The notes: generated by a model not told the origin, from the sequence alone. A stretch of 64,000 bases of DNA from an uncultured Actinomycetes bacterium (GCA_963722755.1 CAVROJ010000006.1:102255-166254); one strand, 5' to 3'; positions 9,811 through 20,695 are shown, numbered from the stretch's first letter. A program made the numbers and translations.

Positions 9811-11442
9811 TGGCGACGAGCGCTGCACCTCCGAGCCAGCCAACCAGCCGCCGCCGCTCGAGGGCTACGACCTCTTCTCGGAGAACCGCCCGCTCGTCGA
9901 GGCGCTGCGCCGCGAGGGAGCGCGCGCGATGCCGAGGAGCGTTGCGCCGCGTTCGGGCGGCTCTGCGGCGGCGAGCCGCTCGAGCTCGGACGGCTCGCGA
10001 ACGAGCATCCGCCGGTCCTCCGCACCCACGACCGCTTCGGCGAGCGGATCGACGAGGTCGAGTTCCACCCCGCGTGGCACGAGCTGCTCGGGCTCGGCGT
10101 CGAGCACGCGCTGCACGCGCTTCCCTGGCGCGAGCCGGCCGAGGGCGCACGTCGTCCGTGCGGCGCTGTTCATGACGCTCGCCTACGCCGAGGCGGGCGT
10201 CGGCTGCCCGCTCTCGATGACCTCACGCCGTCCGTGCCCGCGCTCCGCGCCGCGGCACCGGAGCTCGCGGCCGAGTGGGAGCCGCTCCTCGCCTCGACGA
10301 CCTACGACCCGGGCCTGCGACCGCTCGTCGGCCAAGCAGGGGCGCGCTCTGCGGGATGGCGATGACCGAGCGCCAGGGCGGCTCGGACGTCCGCGCGAAC
10401 GAGACGCGCGCCGAGCCCGTCGGACGACGCGCTACCGGCTCGACCGGGCACAAGTGGTTCTGCTCGGCGCCGATGTGCGACGCCTTCCTCGTCCTCGCGC
10501 AGGCCCCGGATGGGCTCACCTGCTTCCTGCTGCCGCGTGTGCTCGACGACGGCACGCGCAACGGCTTCCGGATCGAGCGCCTCAAGGACAAGCTCGGCAA
10601 CCGCTCGAACGCCTCGGCGGAGATCCGGCTGGAGGAGCGCGTTCGCGTACCGCGTCGGCGACGAGGGCCGCGGCGTGGCGACGATCATCGAGATGGTCGT
10701 CCACACGCGGCTCGACTGCGTGCTCGGCTCGGCCGCGATCGTGCGCCGCGCCGTCGCCGAGGCGACCCACCACGCCGCGCACCGTGACGCCTTCGGCCGG
10801 CTGCTCGCCGAGCAGCCGCTGATGCAGAACGTGCTCGCCGACCTCTGCCTCGACTCGGAGGCGGCGACCGCCACCGCGCTGCGGCTCGCCCGCGCCTTCG
10901 ACGAGGGCGACCACGCCTTCCGGCGGCTCGCGACCGCCGTGGCCAAGTACTGGGTGTGCAAGGCGACGCCGCCGCTCGTCGCCGAGGCGCTCGAATGCCT
11001 CGGCGGCAACGGCTACGTCGAGGAGTCGGGCCTGCCGCGCCTCTTCCGCGAGAGCCCGCTCAACTCGATCTGGGAGGGGTCGGGGAACGTCAACTGCCTC
11101 GACGTGCTGCGCGCGCTCGAGCGCGAGCCCGAGAGCCTGGAGGCGTTCCGCGCCGAGCTCGCGCTCGCCCGTGGGGCCAACCCGCACCTCGACGCCGCCC
11201 TCGCGCGGCTCGACCGGGAGCTCTCGGGCTCGGAGGACGCCGAGCCCGTGGCGCGACGGCTCGTCGAGGGGATGGCGCTCTGCCTGCAGGGCTCGCTGCT
11301 CGTGCGCCATGCGCCCTCGGAGGTCGCCGACGCCTTCTGCGCCGCCCGGCTCGGGGACGAGGGCGGGCGCGCCTACGGCACGCTCCCCCGCGGCGTCGAC
11401 GCGGCCGCGATCGTGGAGCGCCACCGCCCGCGGGTCGGGTAG
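9810..11442 (+). CDS. AidB-like acyl-CoA dehydrogenase (indels)
   Basis: NQPPPLEGY, GMAMTERQGGSDV, GHKWFCSAPMCD, KDKLGNRSNAS, EALECLGGNGYVEE, SIWEGSGNV. Confidence 0.9.
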
Positions 11443-11452
11443 CGTCCCGGGC

Positions 11453-11701
11453 GTGCGCGTCGAGATCTTCTACTGCCCGGTCTGAAACGGCTACGACCGC
11501 CGGGCCGCGAGTCTCGCGGCCGTGTTGAACGCCGCGGGGCACGAGGCGTCCGCGATCGAGGGCGAGAAGAGCCAGTACGACGTCGTCGCCGACGGGAAGC
11601 TCGTGTTCTCGAAGCAGCGCGAGGGCCGCTTCCCCGAGGACGACGAGGTCGTCGGCCTGCTCGGTGTAGCCGCGCCGGTAGCTCGAGCCGCGCCGTCCTG
11701 A
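11453..11701 (+). CDS. Rdx/SelW-SelT-SelH family selenoprotein; in-frame TGA at 11483-11485 read as Sec
   Basis: MRVEIFYCPV-U-NGYDRRAASLAAVLNAAGHEASAIEGEKSQYDVVADGKLVFSKQREGRFPEDDEVVGLLG. CxxU motif and the family's 'G.LVFSK...GRFP' C-terminal motif lie in one frame across the TGA. Confidence 0.85.
11503..11521 (+). promoter_or_regulatory. Bacterial SECIS-like hairpin
   Basis: GGCCGCG-AGTCT-CGCGGCC, starting 17 nt after the UGA; the apical loop contains GU. Confidence 0.7.
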
Positions 11702-11722
11702 CCCGACTACGCTGCACCTCGC

Positions 11723-12654
11723 ATGGCGCTCCTCCGGGCACGCGAGCTGACGAAGACGTTCGGCGCCGTCCGGGCGCTCGACGCGGTCAGCTTCGAGATC
11801 GACGAGGGCGTCACGGGGCTGCTCGGGTCGAACGGCGCGGGCAAGAGCACGTCGCTCAAGCTGTTCCTCGGGCTGCTCGACCCGGACAGCGGCTCGGCCG
11901 AGGTGCTCGGCCACGATCCGCGCGCCTCTCCCGAGTACCGCGCGCGCGTCGGCTACGCGCCCGAGCACGACTGCCTCCCGCGGGGCGTCTCGGCCGCCGA
12001 GTTCCTCGCCTACATGGCCCAGATCAGCGGCCTGCCGTCCGACGGCGGCGAGGCTGCGGGCGTCGGACGTGCTGCGCCACGTCGGCCTGTTCGAGGAGCG
12101 GTACCGGCAGATGGGGACGTACTCGACCGGGATGAAGCAGCGCGTGAAGCTCGCGCAGGCGCTCGTCCACGATCCGGTGATCGCGTTCCTCGACGAGCCG
12201 ACCGCCGGCCTCGACCCGCTCGGCCGCCGCGAGATGCTCGACCTCGTCCGGCGCGTCGGCGGCGAGTTCGGGATCAGCATCGTGATCTCGACGCACCTGA
12301 TGGGCGACGTCGAGCGCGTCTGCGACTCGGTCGTCGTGCTCGACGCGGGCCGGCTCCTGCGGACGGGCGCCGTGTCCGGGCTTCACGGAGGAGACCGAGA
12401 CGCTGGAGGTCGAGTTCGTCGAGGGCGCCGCGGCGGTGGCCGACGGGCTTCGGCGGACGAGGGCTCGAGCCACGGCTCGACGGGAGCCGTCTGACGCTCG
12501 AGCGGGTGTCCGGCGAGGAGTACGACATGCTCCGCGACGCCATCGTCGACTCGGGCGCGCTGCTCTACCGGCTCGCGCCGGCACGACACTCCCTCGCGGA
12601 CGTCTTCGCGAGCGATCCGGGCGAGGCCGCGGCGAGAGCGAGGAGCCGCCGTGA
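11723..12654 (+). CDS. ABC-2 exporter ATP-binding subunit 1 (indels)
   Basis: GSNGAGKST, YSTGMKQR, FLDEPT, STH motifs. Confidence 0.9.
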
Positions 12655-13532
12655 CGTCCGGGCCTGCGGAGGTCTTCGATCTCGGCTACCAGGGCTACGA
12701 GGGCGAGCGGACCGACCGCTGGGCGCGCCGCCGCGCGATCTGGCGGGACGGGATCCGGATCTCGCTCGGGCTCGGGCGCGGCACCGGCGCGAAGGTCGCG
12801 CCCTGGCTGCTCCTCGGCCTCGCCCTCGTGCCGATGGTCGTCCTCGTCGTCGTCTCCGCGTTCGTCGGCCCCGCGACCGACCCGGACGACTTCGAGCTGC
12901 CGTCGTACGCCGACTACTACGAGTGGGCGATGGTGCCGCTCGGCCTCTTCGCCGCGGTCGTCGCGCCGCTCCTGATCTGCCCCGACCGGCGCGACGGCGT
13001 GCTCGCGCTCTACGCGGCGCGGCCGATCACGCCGCTCGACTACGTCGGCGCGCGATGGGCGGCGTTCCTGACGGTCGCGCTGGCGGCCGCGTGGCTCCCC
13101 GAGGCGGTCCTCTTCGCCTGGAACGCGCTCGACGCGCGAGAGCCCGGCACGTTCCTGGCCGACAACTGGGACGTCGTCCCGCGGTTCCTCGCTCGCCGGC
13201 GCGGTCGTCGCGGTGGTGCTGACGACACTCGCGCTGCTCGTCGCCTCGTTCGCCACGCGGCGCGCCTACGCCTCGGTCGGCGATGCTCGCCGTGCTCTTC
13301 ATCGGCTCCGCGATCGGCGGGATCGCGGAGGAGGACTTCTCGGGCAGGCGTCGCCGACGCCTTCTCGCTCGCGAGCATCCCGCAGGCGCTCGTCGACGCC
13401 GTCACTGGATCTTCGGCGACGAGGTCGACCGCCCGGTCTCGGGCGGGGTCACGCTGCTCTGGCTCGTCGGGCTCACGGCCGTGCTCGCCGCCTGGCTCGC
13501 TGCGGCGCACGAACCGGCTGGTGCGCGGGTGA
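12651..13532 (+). CDS. ABC-2 exporter permease 1 (indels)
   Basis: Multiple TM segments; DRRDGVLALYAARPIT motif. Confidence 0.85.
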   Translation: MTSGPAEVFDLGYQGYEGERTDRWARRRAIWRDGIRISLGLGRGTGAKVAPWLLLGLALVPMVVLVVVSAFVGPATDPDDFELPSYADYYEWAMVPLGLFAAVVAPLLICPDRRDGVLALYAARPITPLDYVGARWAAFLTVALAAAWLPEAVLFAWNALDAREPGTFLADNWDVVPRFLARRRGRRGGADDTRAARRLVRHAARLRLGRRCSPCSSSAPRSAGSRRRTSRAGVADAFSLASIPQALVDAVTGSSATRSTARSRAGSRCSGSSGSRPCSPPGSLRRTNRLVRG

Positions 13533-14478
13533 GCGCGGCGGCGGCGCCGACGATCGTCGTCGACGGCGGTCTCGAAGTGGTTCGCGGGCGTCGTGGCGGT
13601 CAGCGACGTCTCGCTGGTCGTCGAGCCCGGCGTGACGGCGCTCCTCGGGCCGAACGGCGCCGGCAAGACGACGCTCCTGCGCGCGATCGGCGGCCTGACG
13701 CCGCCGTCGCAGGGCACGGTGACGCGTGTTCGGCGAGCCGGTGCGGCAGAACCCCGGCGCTGTACCGCCGGATCGGCTACATGCCCGAGCACGAGGCGGT
13801 CTACGACTTCCTCGACCGGCCGCCAGTTCGTCGAGCTCGGCGCGCGGCTCCAGGGCGTCGACGACCTCGACGCGCGCAGTGCGCCGCGCGATCGAGACGG
13901 TCGACCTCGTCGAGCGATCAGGACCGCCGGCTGCGCGGGTACTCGCGCGGCATGCGCCAGCGGATGCGCCTCGCGGCGACGCTCGTGCACGACCCTCCGC
14001 TGCTCGTGCTCGACGAGCCGCTCTCCGGCACCGACCCGGCGCAGCGGCTCCACCTCCGCGACGTGATCCGCCGGCTCGCCGGACGAGGGCCGGACGATCC
14101 TCGTCTCGTCGCACATCCTCGAGGAGGTCGACGAGCTCGCCGACCGGATCCACCTGATGGTGAGCGGCAAGCTCGCGGCGAGCGGCGACTACCGCGCGAT
14201 CCGGCATGCAGCTGAACGACCGGCCGTTCGTCGTGCGCATCGACTGCGCGCGACGCCGCGCGCGCTCGCCGCCGGCCTCCTGCGAGTGGACGCGGTCGAG
14301 TCGGTCGAGGTCGCCGACGACGGCGCCCTGCGCGTGCGCAGCCGGCGACGTCGCGTCGCTCCAGCGCTCGCTTCCCGCGATCGCGCGCGAGCTCGACGTC
14401 CGGCTGTCGCGCGTCGAGCCGCTCGACGACTCGCTCGAGAGCGTCTTCGAGTACCTGGCGACGGGGACCGGCAGATGA
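13529..14478 (+). CDS. ABC-2 exporter ATP-binding subunit 2 (indels)
   Basis: GPNGAGKTT, YSRGMRQR, VLDEPL, SSHIL. Confidence 0.88.
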
Positions 14479-15192
14479 CGGCGATCTTCGCCCTCACCGT
14501 GCGGCAGCTCGCCGGGAGCCGCCGCGTCTGGCTCGTGCTCGCGCTCGTCGCGCTTCCCGTCCTCGCCGCGGTTCTCTTCCACGTCGGGGAGACGACGACG
14601 ACGAGCGCGCGGTTCGCCGACAACGTCACGACGACGCTCATCGCCTCGGGGATCCTCCCGCTCGTCATGCTGCTCTTCGCCACGTCCGCGTTCGGGAACG
14701 AGCTCGTCGACCGGACGCTCGGCTACCTGGCCCTGAAGCCGCTCGCGCGCTGGCGGATCGTCCTCCCCAAGCTGGCCGCCGCGTTCGTCGTGGGCGGGCG
14801 TCCCGGTGGCCGCGAGCGGGTTCGTCGCGGTCGCGCTCGTCGACGGCGGCGGGCTCCGCGGGGCGCTCGCGACCGGGCTCGGGCTGCTGGTGGGCGCGGC
14901 CGCGTACGCGGCGATCTTCACCTGGGCCGGGCTCGCGTCGAGGCACGCGCTCCTGCTCGGCCTGGTGTACGTGTTCGTGTGGGAGGCGACGCTCGCCGCC
15001 TACCTCGACGGCGTCCGCTTCCTGAGCATCCGCCGCTACACGCTCGGGCTGATCCACGGGCTCGACGAGGCGCGGCTGGCGCGCATCGACGACCCGCTCT
15101 CGTCGGGCGCGGCGATCCTGGCGGCCGCGCTCGTCATCGGTGCCTTCACCGCGCTCACCGTGCGAAAGCTCGTCCGCATGGACGTGCCCTGA
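14475..15192 (+). CDS. ABC-2 exporter permease 2 (indel)
   Basis: TM segments; ELVDRTLGYLALKP motif. Confidence 0.85.
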
Positions 15193-16167
15193 TCAGCGGA
15201 GCAGGAAGCCCTCGCCGAGCGGGTCGTCGGGATCGAGCTCGAACTCCGCGCGGCCGGTCCGGTAGGCGGAGCCCTCGACCTCGGTGATCACCGCCGGCCT
15301 GCCGGCGACCTCCGTCTCGCCGACGACGCGGCCCGTGAACTCGGAGCCGACGATCGAGAGGTGGCGGAGCTCCGCCCCGCGGGGCAGCAGGCCCTGCGCG
15401 TCGAGGAGCGCGAGCCGAGCGGACGTGCCGGAGCCGCAGGGCGAGCGGTCGACCTCGCCGTCGGCGAACACCGTCACGTTCCGCTGGGTGAGCGGGCTCG
15501 AGGCCTCGGCCTGCCAGAAGATCACGCCGTAGACGTCGCGCAGCTCGGCCTCGACCGGGTGGACGACCTCGTGCGATGCCTCGAGCGCCGCCTTGAGCTC
15601 CCGCCCGAGCGCGATCAGGCGCGGAAGCTCGGCGGGCTCGACCCGCTCCTCCAGCGACGCGTAGAACGCGCCGCCGAACGCGACGTCCACGACACGACCG
15701 GCCGCCTCGACGCCCTCTGCCCACACGAACGCCGGGACGTTCCGGAACCGCACGGCGCGCACCCGGCCGCCCGCCACGGTCGCCCAGGTCTCGAGCCGCC
15801 CCGACGGCACGTCCACGACCAGCCGGTTCTCGCCCTCGCGCGGCTCGACGACGCCCTCCTCGAGCGCCCAGGTGACGAGCGCGATCGTCCCGTGGCCGCA
15901 CGCCGTCGAGTACCCCTCGTTGTGGAAGAAGACGACGCCGAGATCGGCTCCGTCGTCGTTCGGCGGGACGACGTGGCAGCCGTACATGTCTGCGTGGCCG
16001 CGCGGCTCGAAGACGAGGAGGCGGCGGAAGCGGTCGAGGTGCTCGCGCGCGAAGCGGCGGCGGTCGAGGACGGTCTCGCCCTCGAGCGGCGGCACGCCGC
16101 CGGTCACGATCCGGAACGGCTCGCCGCCCGTGTGGTAGTCGACGACCGAGACCCTCGTCGGGGTCAC
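15193..16167 (-). CDS. Proline racemase/hydroxyproline epimerase family (Cys/Cys active site)
   Basis: DYHTGGEPFR, EPRGHADMYG, STACGHGT, DRSPCGSGT. Confidence 0.9.
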   Translation of the reverse strand: MTPTRVSVVDYHTGGEPFRIVTGGVPPLEGETVLDRRRFAREHLDRFRRLLVFEPRGHADMYGCHVVPPNDDGADLGVVFFHNEGYSTACGHGTIALVTWALEEGVVEPREGENRLVVDVPSGRLETWATVAGGRVRAVRFRNVPAFVWAEGVEAAGRVVDVAFGGAFYASLEERVEPAELPRLIALGRELKAALEASHEVVHPVEAELRDVYGVIFWQAEASSPLTQRNVTVFADGEVDRSPCGSGTSARLALLDAQGLLPRGAELRHLSIVGSEFTGRVVGETEVAGRPAVITEVEGSAYRTGRAEFELDPDDPLGEGFLLR

Positions 16168-16758
16168 TCGTCCGAGAAGCTCGGGTAGCGCTGCGTGAGG
16201 AGCAGCAGGTAGCCGAACGTCTGCGCCTGGTAGCGCAGGCAGTACACCTGGAGGTCGCGCATCCCCTTGCTCATCCGGCCGGTGACGAGCGCGTAGAACC
16301 AGGCGAGGATCGCGACGATCCAGGCGACGTTCTGGAGCACGCTCATCACGATCGCGGCCGGGATCGCGAGCAGGAGGCGGAAGAAGATCGTCAGGCGGTT
16401 CTGCGGCGTCGCGGGGGCGATCTCGACGTCGACCGGGTATCCGGGCTCTCCGGTGAAGCCGGGGTACGGGTCGGCCGCGATCCAGAGGTACGCGTCGAGA
16501 TGGGTGTAGTAGCGCGTGTAGGCGGCCATGAACGAGTGGAGCCCGTCGGGCACGCGTCCGGTGACCAGGCCGATGACCCAGGCGACGATGGCGGCCAGGA
16601 CGACCGCGAAGCTCCACAGCGTGACCCAGATGAAGCTGGGGGATCGCGAGGAGGAGCCGGAAGAAGACCGTCAGCCGGCTCCGTGCCAGGTCGTCGGTGA
16701 CGACCATCCGGATCGGATGAGGGTCGGGGGCGTCGATGGCCTGGAGCGTCTCGGACAC
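16164..16758 (-). CDS. DUF4389-like membrane protein (indel)
   Basis: Twice-repeated RLT(V/I)FFRLLLAIP...TGR(V/M)...YP unit. Confidence 0.8.
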
Positions 16759-16775
16759 GGTGGCCTCCGTCTCGG

Positions 16776-17549
16776 TCAGGTGCCGGTGAACCTCGGTGCC
16801 CGCTTCTCCAGGAACGCAGTGACCCCTTCCGAGAAGTCCTGCGTCCCCACGGACTCCTGCTGCAGCCGCGCCTCGAGCGCCAGCTGCTCGTCGAGCGAGG
16901 CCGCGTACGCGTGCTCGAAGAGCTGCTTCGTCCGGCCGATCGCGAGCGTCGGCCGGTCGGCCCACTCGGCGGCGAGCTCGGAGACCCTGGCCCCGAAGGT
17001 GTCGTCCGGGACGACCTCGGAGACGAGCCCCCACTCGAGCGCCTCGGCCGCGGACAGCCGGCGGTTCGAGCTCATCCACTCGAGCGCCCTCGCGAACCCG
17101 AGCAGGCGGTGCACGAACCACGTGCCGCCCGCGTCGGGGACGAGCCCGATCCCGATGAACCCCGGCACGAACGTGGCGGACTCCGCCGCGACCCGCAGGT
17201 CGCAGGCGCAGGCGAACGAGAGCCCCGCGCCGGCCGCAGGCCCGTTCACGGCCGCGAGCACGGGCTTGGCCAGCGAGCGGACGAGGCGAACGTTCGGGTG
17301 GTAGGTCGTCTCGAGCGCCTCGCTGATCGACGCTGAGACGGCGCCGAACTCCTTCAGGTCCTGCCCGGCGCAGAAGCCCTTGCCCGCCCCGGTGACCACG
17401 ACGCAGCGCACGGAAGGGTCCTCCGCCTCGCCGAGCGCCTCGTGGAGCGCGTCGTGCAGCGCGCGGTTGAAGGCGTTGTAGACCTCGGGCCGGTTGAACG
17501 TGATCGTCAGCACCGCCCCGTCGCGGCTCGTGAGCACCTCGTCGGCCAT
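16776..17549 (-). CDS. Enoyl-CoA hydratase/isomerase (PaaG-like)
   Basis: GFCAGQDL, AVNGPAAGAG, IGLVPDAGGT, which resembles PaaG. Confidence 0.85.
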   Translation of the reverse strand: MADEVLTSRDGAVLTITFNRPEVYNAFNRALHDALHEALGEAEDPSVRCVVVTGAGKGFCAGQDLKEFGAVSASISEALETTYHPNVRLVRSLAKPVLAAVNGPAAGAGLSFACACDLRVAAESATFVPGFIGIGLVPDAGGTWFVHRLLGFARALEWMSSNRRLSAAEALEWGLVSEVVPDDTFGARVSELAAEWADRPTLAIGRTKQLFEHAYAASLDEQLALEARLQQESVGTQDFSEGVTAFLEKRAPRFTGT

Positions 17550-17581
17550 CGCGAGACCCTATCGCGCACAGGGGCGTGGCT

Positions 17582-18418
17582 TCAGCCTCGCCCCGCTTCC
17601 GTCCCACGGCCACGCGAGTCGAGGAACGCCTGGATCGCTCCCTGGGCCTCCTCGCCGAGCATCGACATCGAGAGCCAGTCGCGCGCGTGGCCGATCGTCT
17701 GGTGCCACGCCAGGTCACGCCAGACATTGAGCTGCTGCTTCGCGTAGCGGGTCGTCTGGGGCAGCTTGCGGACGAGGCTCTCGACCCACTCGTCCACGAC
17801 CGGGTCGAGCTCGTCCGCGGGGACGGCGCGGTTGACGAGCCCCCACTCGGCCGCCTGCCGAGCCGGGATCTCGTCGCAGAGGAGGACGATCTCGCGGGCG
17901 CGGCGGTCGCCGACCATCAGCTGCAGCCACTGCGTCGCGCCCCCGGCGGGCACCGAGCCGTGCTCGAGGCCGACGTGACGGATGAAGGCGTCCTCGACGA
18001 TCACCGCCAGGTCGCACGCCATCTGCAGCTCGTTGCCGCCGCCCACCGCGATCCCGTTGATCCGCGCGATCGTCGGCTTGCCCAGCTCGCGCAGCCGGTC
18101 GTGCATGTCCTTGAACGCGCCGAACCACTTCCAGTACTCCTGGGGCCGCCCGACGAGCGTGTCCTCCCACGAGCGGAGGTCGGCCCCGACGCAGAAGGCG
18201 CGCCCCTCGCCGGTGACCACGACGACCCGGATCTCGTCGTCCCAGGACGCGTCCTCGCAGGCGCGCGCGATCTCGCGCAGCATCCGGAAGTCGAATGCGT
18301 TGAGCACGTCCGGTCGGTTCAGCCGGATCGTCGCGCGCGGGGGCTCCTTGTCGTAGACGATCGCCTCGAAGCCGAGCTGCGCCGGGTCGACGGGGCTCGG
18401 GTGTGCCGGCTCTGCCAT
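17582..18418 (-). CDS. Crotonase-family protein (MenB/BadI/Oah-like branch)
   Basis: AFCVGADL, INGIAVGGGNELQMACDL, HGSVPAGGATQ. Confidence 0.8.
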   Translation of the reverse strand: MAEPAHPSPVDPAQLGFEAIVYDKEPPRATIRLNRPDVLNAFDFRMLREIARACEDASWDDEIRVVVVTGEGRAFCVGADLRSWEDTLVGRPQEYWKWFGAFKDMHDRLRELGKPTIARINGIAVGGGNELQMACDLAVIVEDAFIRHVGLEHGSVPAGGATQWLQLMVGDRRAREIVLLCDEIPARQAAEWGLVNRAVPADELDPVVDEWVESLVRKLPQTTRYAKQQLNVWRDLAWHQTIGHARDWLSMSMLGEEAQGAIQAFLDSRGRGTEAGRG

Positions 18419-18697
18419 CTAGGAGACGTCGGCGAAGTGAACCTCGAAGGGCACGCCCATCGCCATCGCGTCCTTCCCGGACTCCATGAACTCGGGCGTG
18501 CGGGCAGCCGCCTTGAAGGCGTCCCTGTCGGCGAACTCCCACTCCGCGTAGTAGTGGAAGCTCGGCTCGCCCATCGGGACGCCGAACACCTTCCCGTGGC
18601 GGAACGTCCCGCCCGGAACCTGCCGGCAGAGGGCCGCGTGCTGCTCGTACCGCTCGGGGTCGGGCTCCGCCTCGTACACGACGAACACTCGGATCAC
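18419..18697 (-). CDS. EthD-like small protein
   Basis: 92 aa; YEQHAALCRQVPG...YYAEWEFADRDAFKAA pattern; AAGGAG RBS. Confidence 0.65.
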   Translation of the reverse strand: MIRVFVVYEAEPDPERYEQHAALCRQVPGGTFRHGKVFGVPMGEPSFHYYAEWEFADRDAFKAAARTPEFMESGKDAMAMGVPFEVHFADVS

Positions 18698-18740
18698 GAT
18701 GGCTCCTTCGACTCGGGAGCAGAGCGTATAGCGTCAAACG

Positions 18741-19187
18741 ATGGATTCGACCGGCCTCGCCGCCACGCTCGCGATCACGGCCGGCCTCTTCGGGGCGGTG
18801 CAGGTGGCGGTGATGGGGAAGCTCGGCGAGCGGATCGGGTCGCTCGAGGCGGTGATGGTCGCGGCGCTCGTCACCGGCCTGCTCGTCCTGCCGGCCCTGA
18901 TCGTGGCGAGGCAGGGCTTGGGGGGCCTCGGCGGGACGCTCTCCCAGCCGTGGTGGATGCTGACCGGCGGAGCGCTGGGCGCGTTCATCGTGCTCTCGAT
19001 CACGATCGCCGGCCCGAAGATCGGGACGACCGCCGTCGTCGGCCTGCTGATCGCCGGGCAGCTCGTCGCCGCGACCCTGATCGACCGCTACGGCTGGTTC
19101 GGCTTCGACCGCGTCGCGCTCGACTGGCCGCGCGTTCTCGGCATCGCGCTCCTCGCCGCGGGTGCCGCCCTCACTCTCCGGCGGTGA
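18741..19187 (+). CDS. DMT/YdcZ-family inner-membrane transporter
   Basis: PWWMLTGGALGA, AGQLVAATLIDRYGWFG. Confidence 0.85.
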   Translation: MDSTGLAATLAITAGLFGAVQVAVMGKLGERIGSLEAVMVAALVTGLLVLPALIVARQGLGGLGGTLSQPWWMLTGGALGAFIVLSITIAGPKIGTTAVVGLLIAGQLVAATLIDRYGWFGFDRVALDWPRVLGIALLAAGAALTLRR

Positions 19188-19208
19188 CCGGCACGAGGCG
19201 CGTCCCTG

Positions 19209-20033
19209 CTACGACGCGACCCAGTCGACCGCGACCGGCGCCGGGAACGCCCCGATCGCCTCGCCGCGGCGCAGGAGCTCGGAGACCGCCGAGCGGCCCT
19301 CGTCGCCGTAGTCCTGCGTGAGCTCGTTCACGTACATCGACACGAACCGGTCGGCGACCGCGGCATCGATCCCCCGCCCGAACTGGAGGGCGTACTCGAG
19401 CGCCTCCGCCCGGTGGTCGAGCCCGCAGGAGATCGCCTCCCGCAGCACCGCCGACAGGTCGCCGAGCCGCTCGATGTCGCGCCGTGCGACGTTGACGCCG
19501 AGCGGGAGCGGGAGGCCCGTCTCGAGCAGCCACCATTCGCCCAGGTCGAGCACCTTCACGAGGCCCTGCTCGGAGAACGTCAGCTGCCCCTCGTGGATCA
19601 GGAGCCCGGCTTCCGCCCGGCCGCTCGCCACCTCGTCCGGGATCTGCTCGAAGGGGAGCTCCCGGTACGCGAAGTCGCCGAGGACGAGCCGCAGCGTGAG
19701 GAACGCCGTCGTCATCGCCCCCGGCACGACGATCTCGAGGCCGCGGAGGGCGTCGACCTCGGTCTGGCCCCGCGCGACGACGACAGGCCCGTAGCCCGAC
19801 CCGATCGAGGCGCCGTGCGGCAGCAGCGCGTAGTCCTCCTGGACGAACGGGTACGCGGCGAGCGAGATGGCGGTCACCTCGAGGCGCGCCGCCCGGGCCC
19901 AGTGGTTCAGCGTCTGGATGTCGGCGAGCACCTGCTCGAACCGGAATCCCCGCGTGGCGACGAGATCCGTCGTGAGGGCCCAGTACATGAACGCGTCGTC
20001 TGGGTCCGGGCTGTGGCCGACTCGGACGTCCAC
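19209..20033 (-). CDS. mqnD: 1,4-dihydroxy-6-naphthoate synthase (futalosine menaquinone pathway)
   Basis: GHSPDPDDAFM, GSGYGP, PGAMTTA, LIHEGQLT, LPLPLG. Confidence 0.9.
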   Translation of the reverse strand: MDVRVGHSPDPDDAFMYWALTTDLVATRGFRFEQVLADIQTLNHWARAARLEVTAISLAAYPFVQEDYALLPHGASIGSGYGPVVVARGQTEVDALRGLEIVVPGAMTTAFLTLRLVLGDFAYRELPFEQIPDEVASGRAEAGLLIHEGQLTFSEQGLVKVLDLGEWWLLETGLPLPLGVNVARRDIERLGDLSAVLREAISCGLDHRAEALEYALQFGRGIDAAVADRFVSMYVNELTQDYGDEGRSAVSELLRRGEAIGAFPAPVAVDWVAS

Positions 20034-20145
20034 CGGGCGCCGACGCTAGCAGCGGCGGCTCGAGGCACGGCGGGGAACCGCCCGCGCGCCGGCCCGAGGG
20101 AGCGCGAGGATCGGGCCGCGCGACGACCTTCTACACTCGCCCCCG

Positions 20146-20593
20146 ATGGCCCGGGCGACGCCGCTCAGCGACGCGATCCAGCACTACCTCCGCGAGATCT
20201 ACAAGCTCGGAGCCTCGGGCGAGCGGGTCTCGACCAACGCGCTGGCCCGCGAGATGGGTGTCTCGCCGGCCTCCGCGAGCGCGATGGTGAAGAAGCTCGC
20301 CGCCCTCCAGCTCGTCGAGCACGCCCCCTACCGCGGGGTCTCGCTGACGCCCGAGGGCGAGCAGGTCGCGCGTCGAGGTGATCCGGCATCACCGGCTGCT
20401 CGAGCTGTACCTCGCGGAGACGCTCGGGATCGCGGTCGACGAGGTGCACCACGAGGCCGACAGGCTCGAGCACGCGCTCTCCGAGGAGCTCGAGGCGCGG
20501 ATCGACGAGGCGCTCGGCTTCCCGACGCACGACCCTCACGGCGACCCGATCCCGGACGCGAACCTCGAGTGGCCCGAGGGGCAGCGAGACTGA
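20146..20593 (+). CDS. DtxR/MntR-family metal-dependent regulator (indel)
   Basis: HYLREIYKL...[13 protein letters not shown]; [25 protein letters not shown]. Confidence 0.9.
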
Positions 20594-20695
20594 CGCCGCA
20601 AGCCTCGCGGCGGCCGTGACGGCGATCGGCGGACGGGATGTGGGACCAGGCGCCCGCCGTGGGATGCGAGGTGAGCGACGGATAGGATCCCGCCG

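Noticed and set aside
15193-17727. Long fusion ORFs (844 aa here; also 39963-43412, 45306-48743, 369-2222)
   Set aside because: They are chimaeras of off-frame Arg/Ala/Gly-rich text and real genes, caused by high GC and indels.
17582-18418. menB assignment
   Set aside because: It lacks the MenB FCSGGDQ and GSFD motifs, and mqnD indicates the futalosine pathway.
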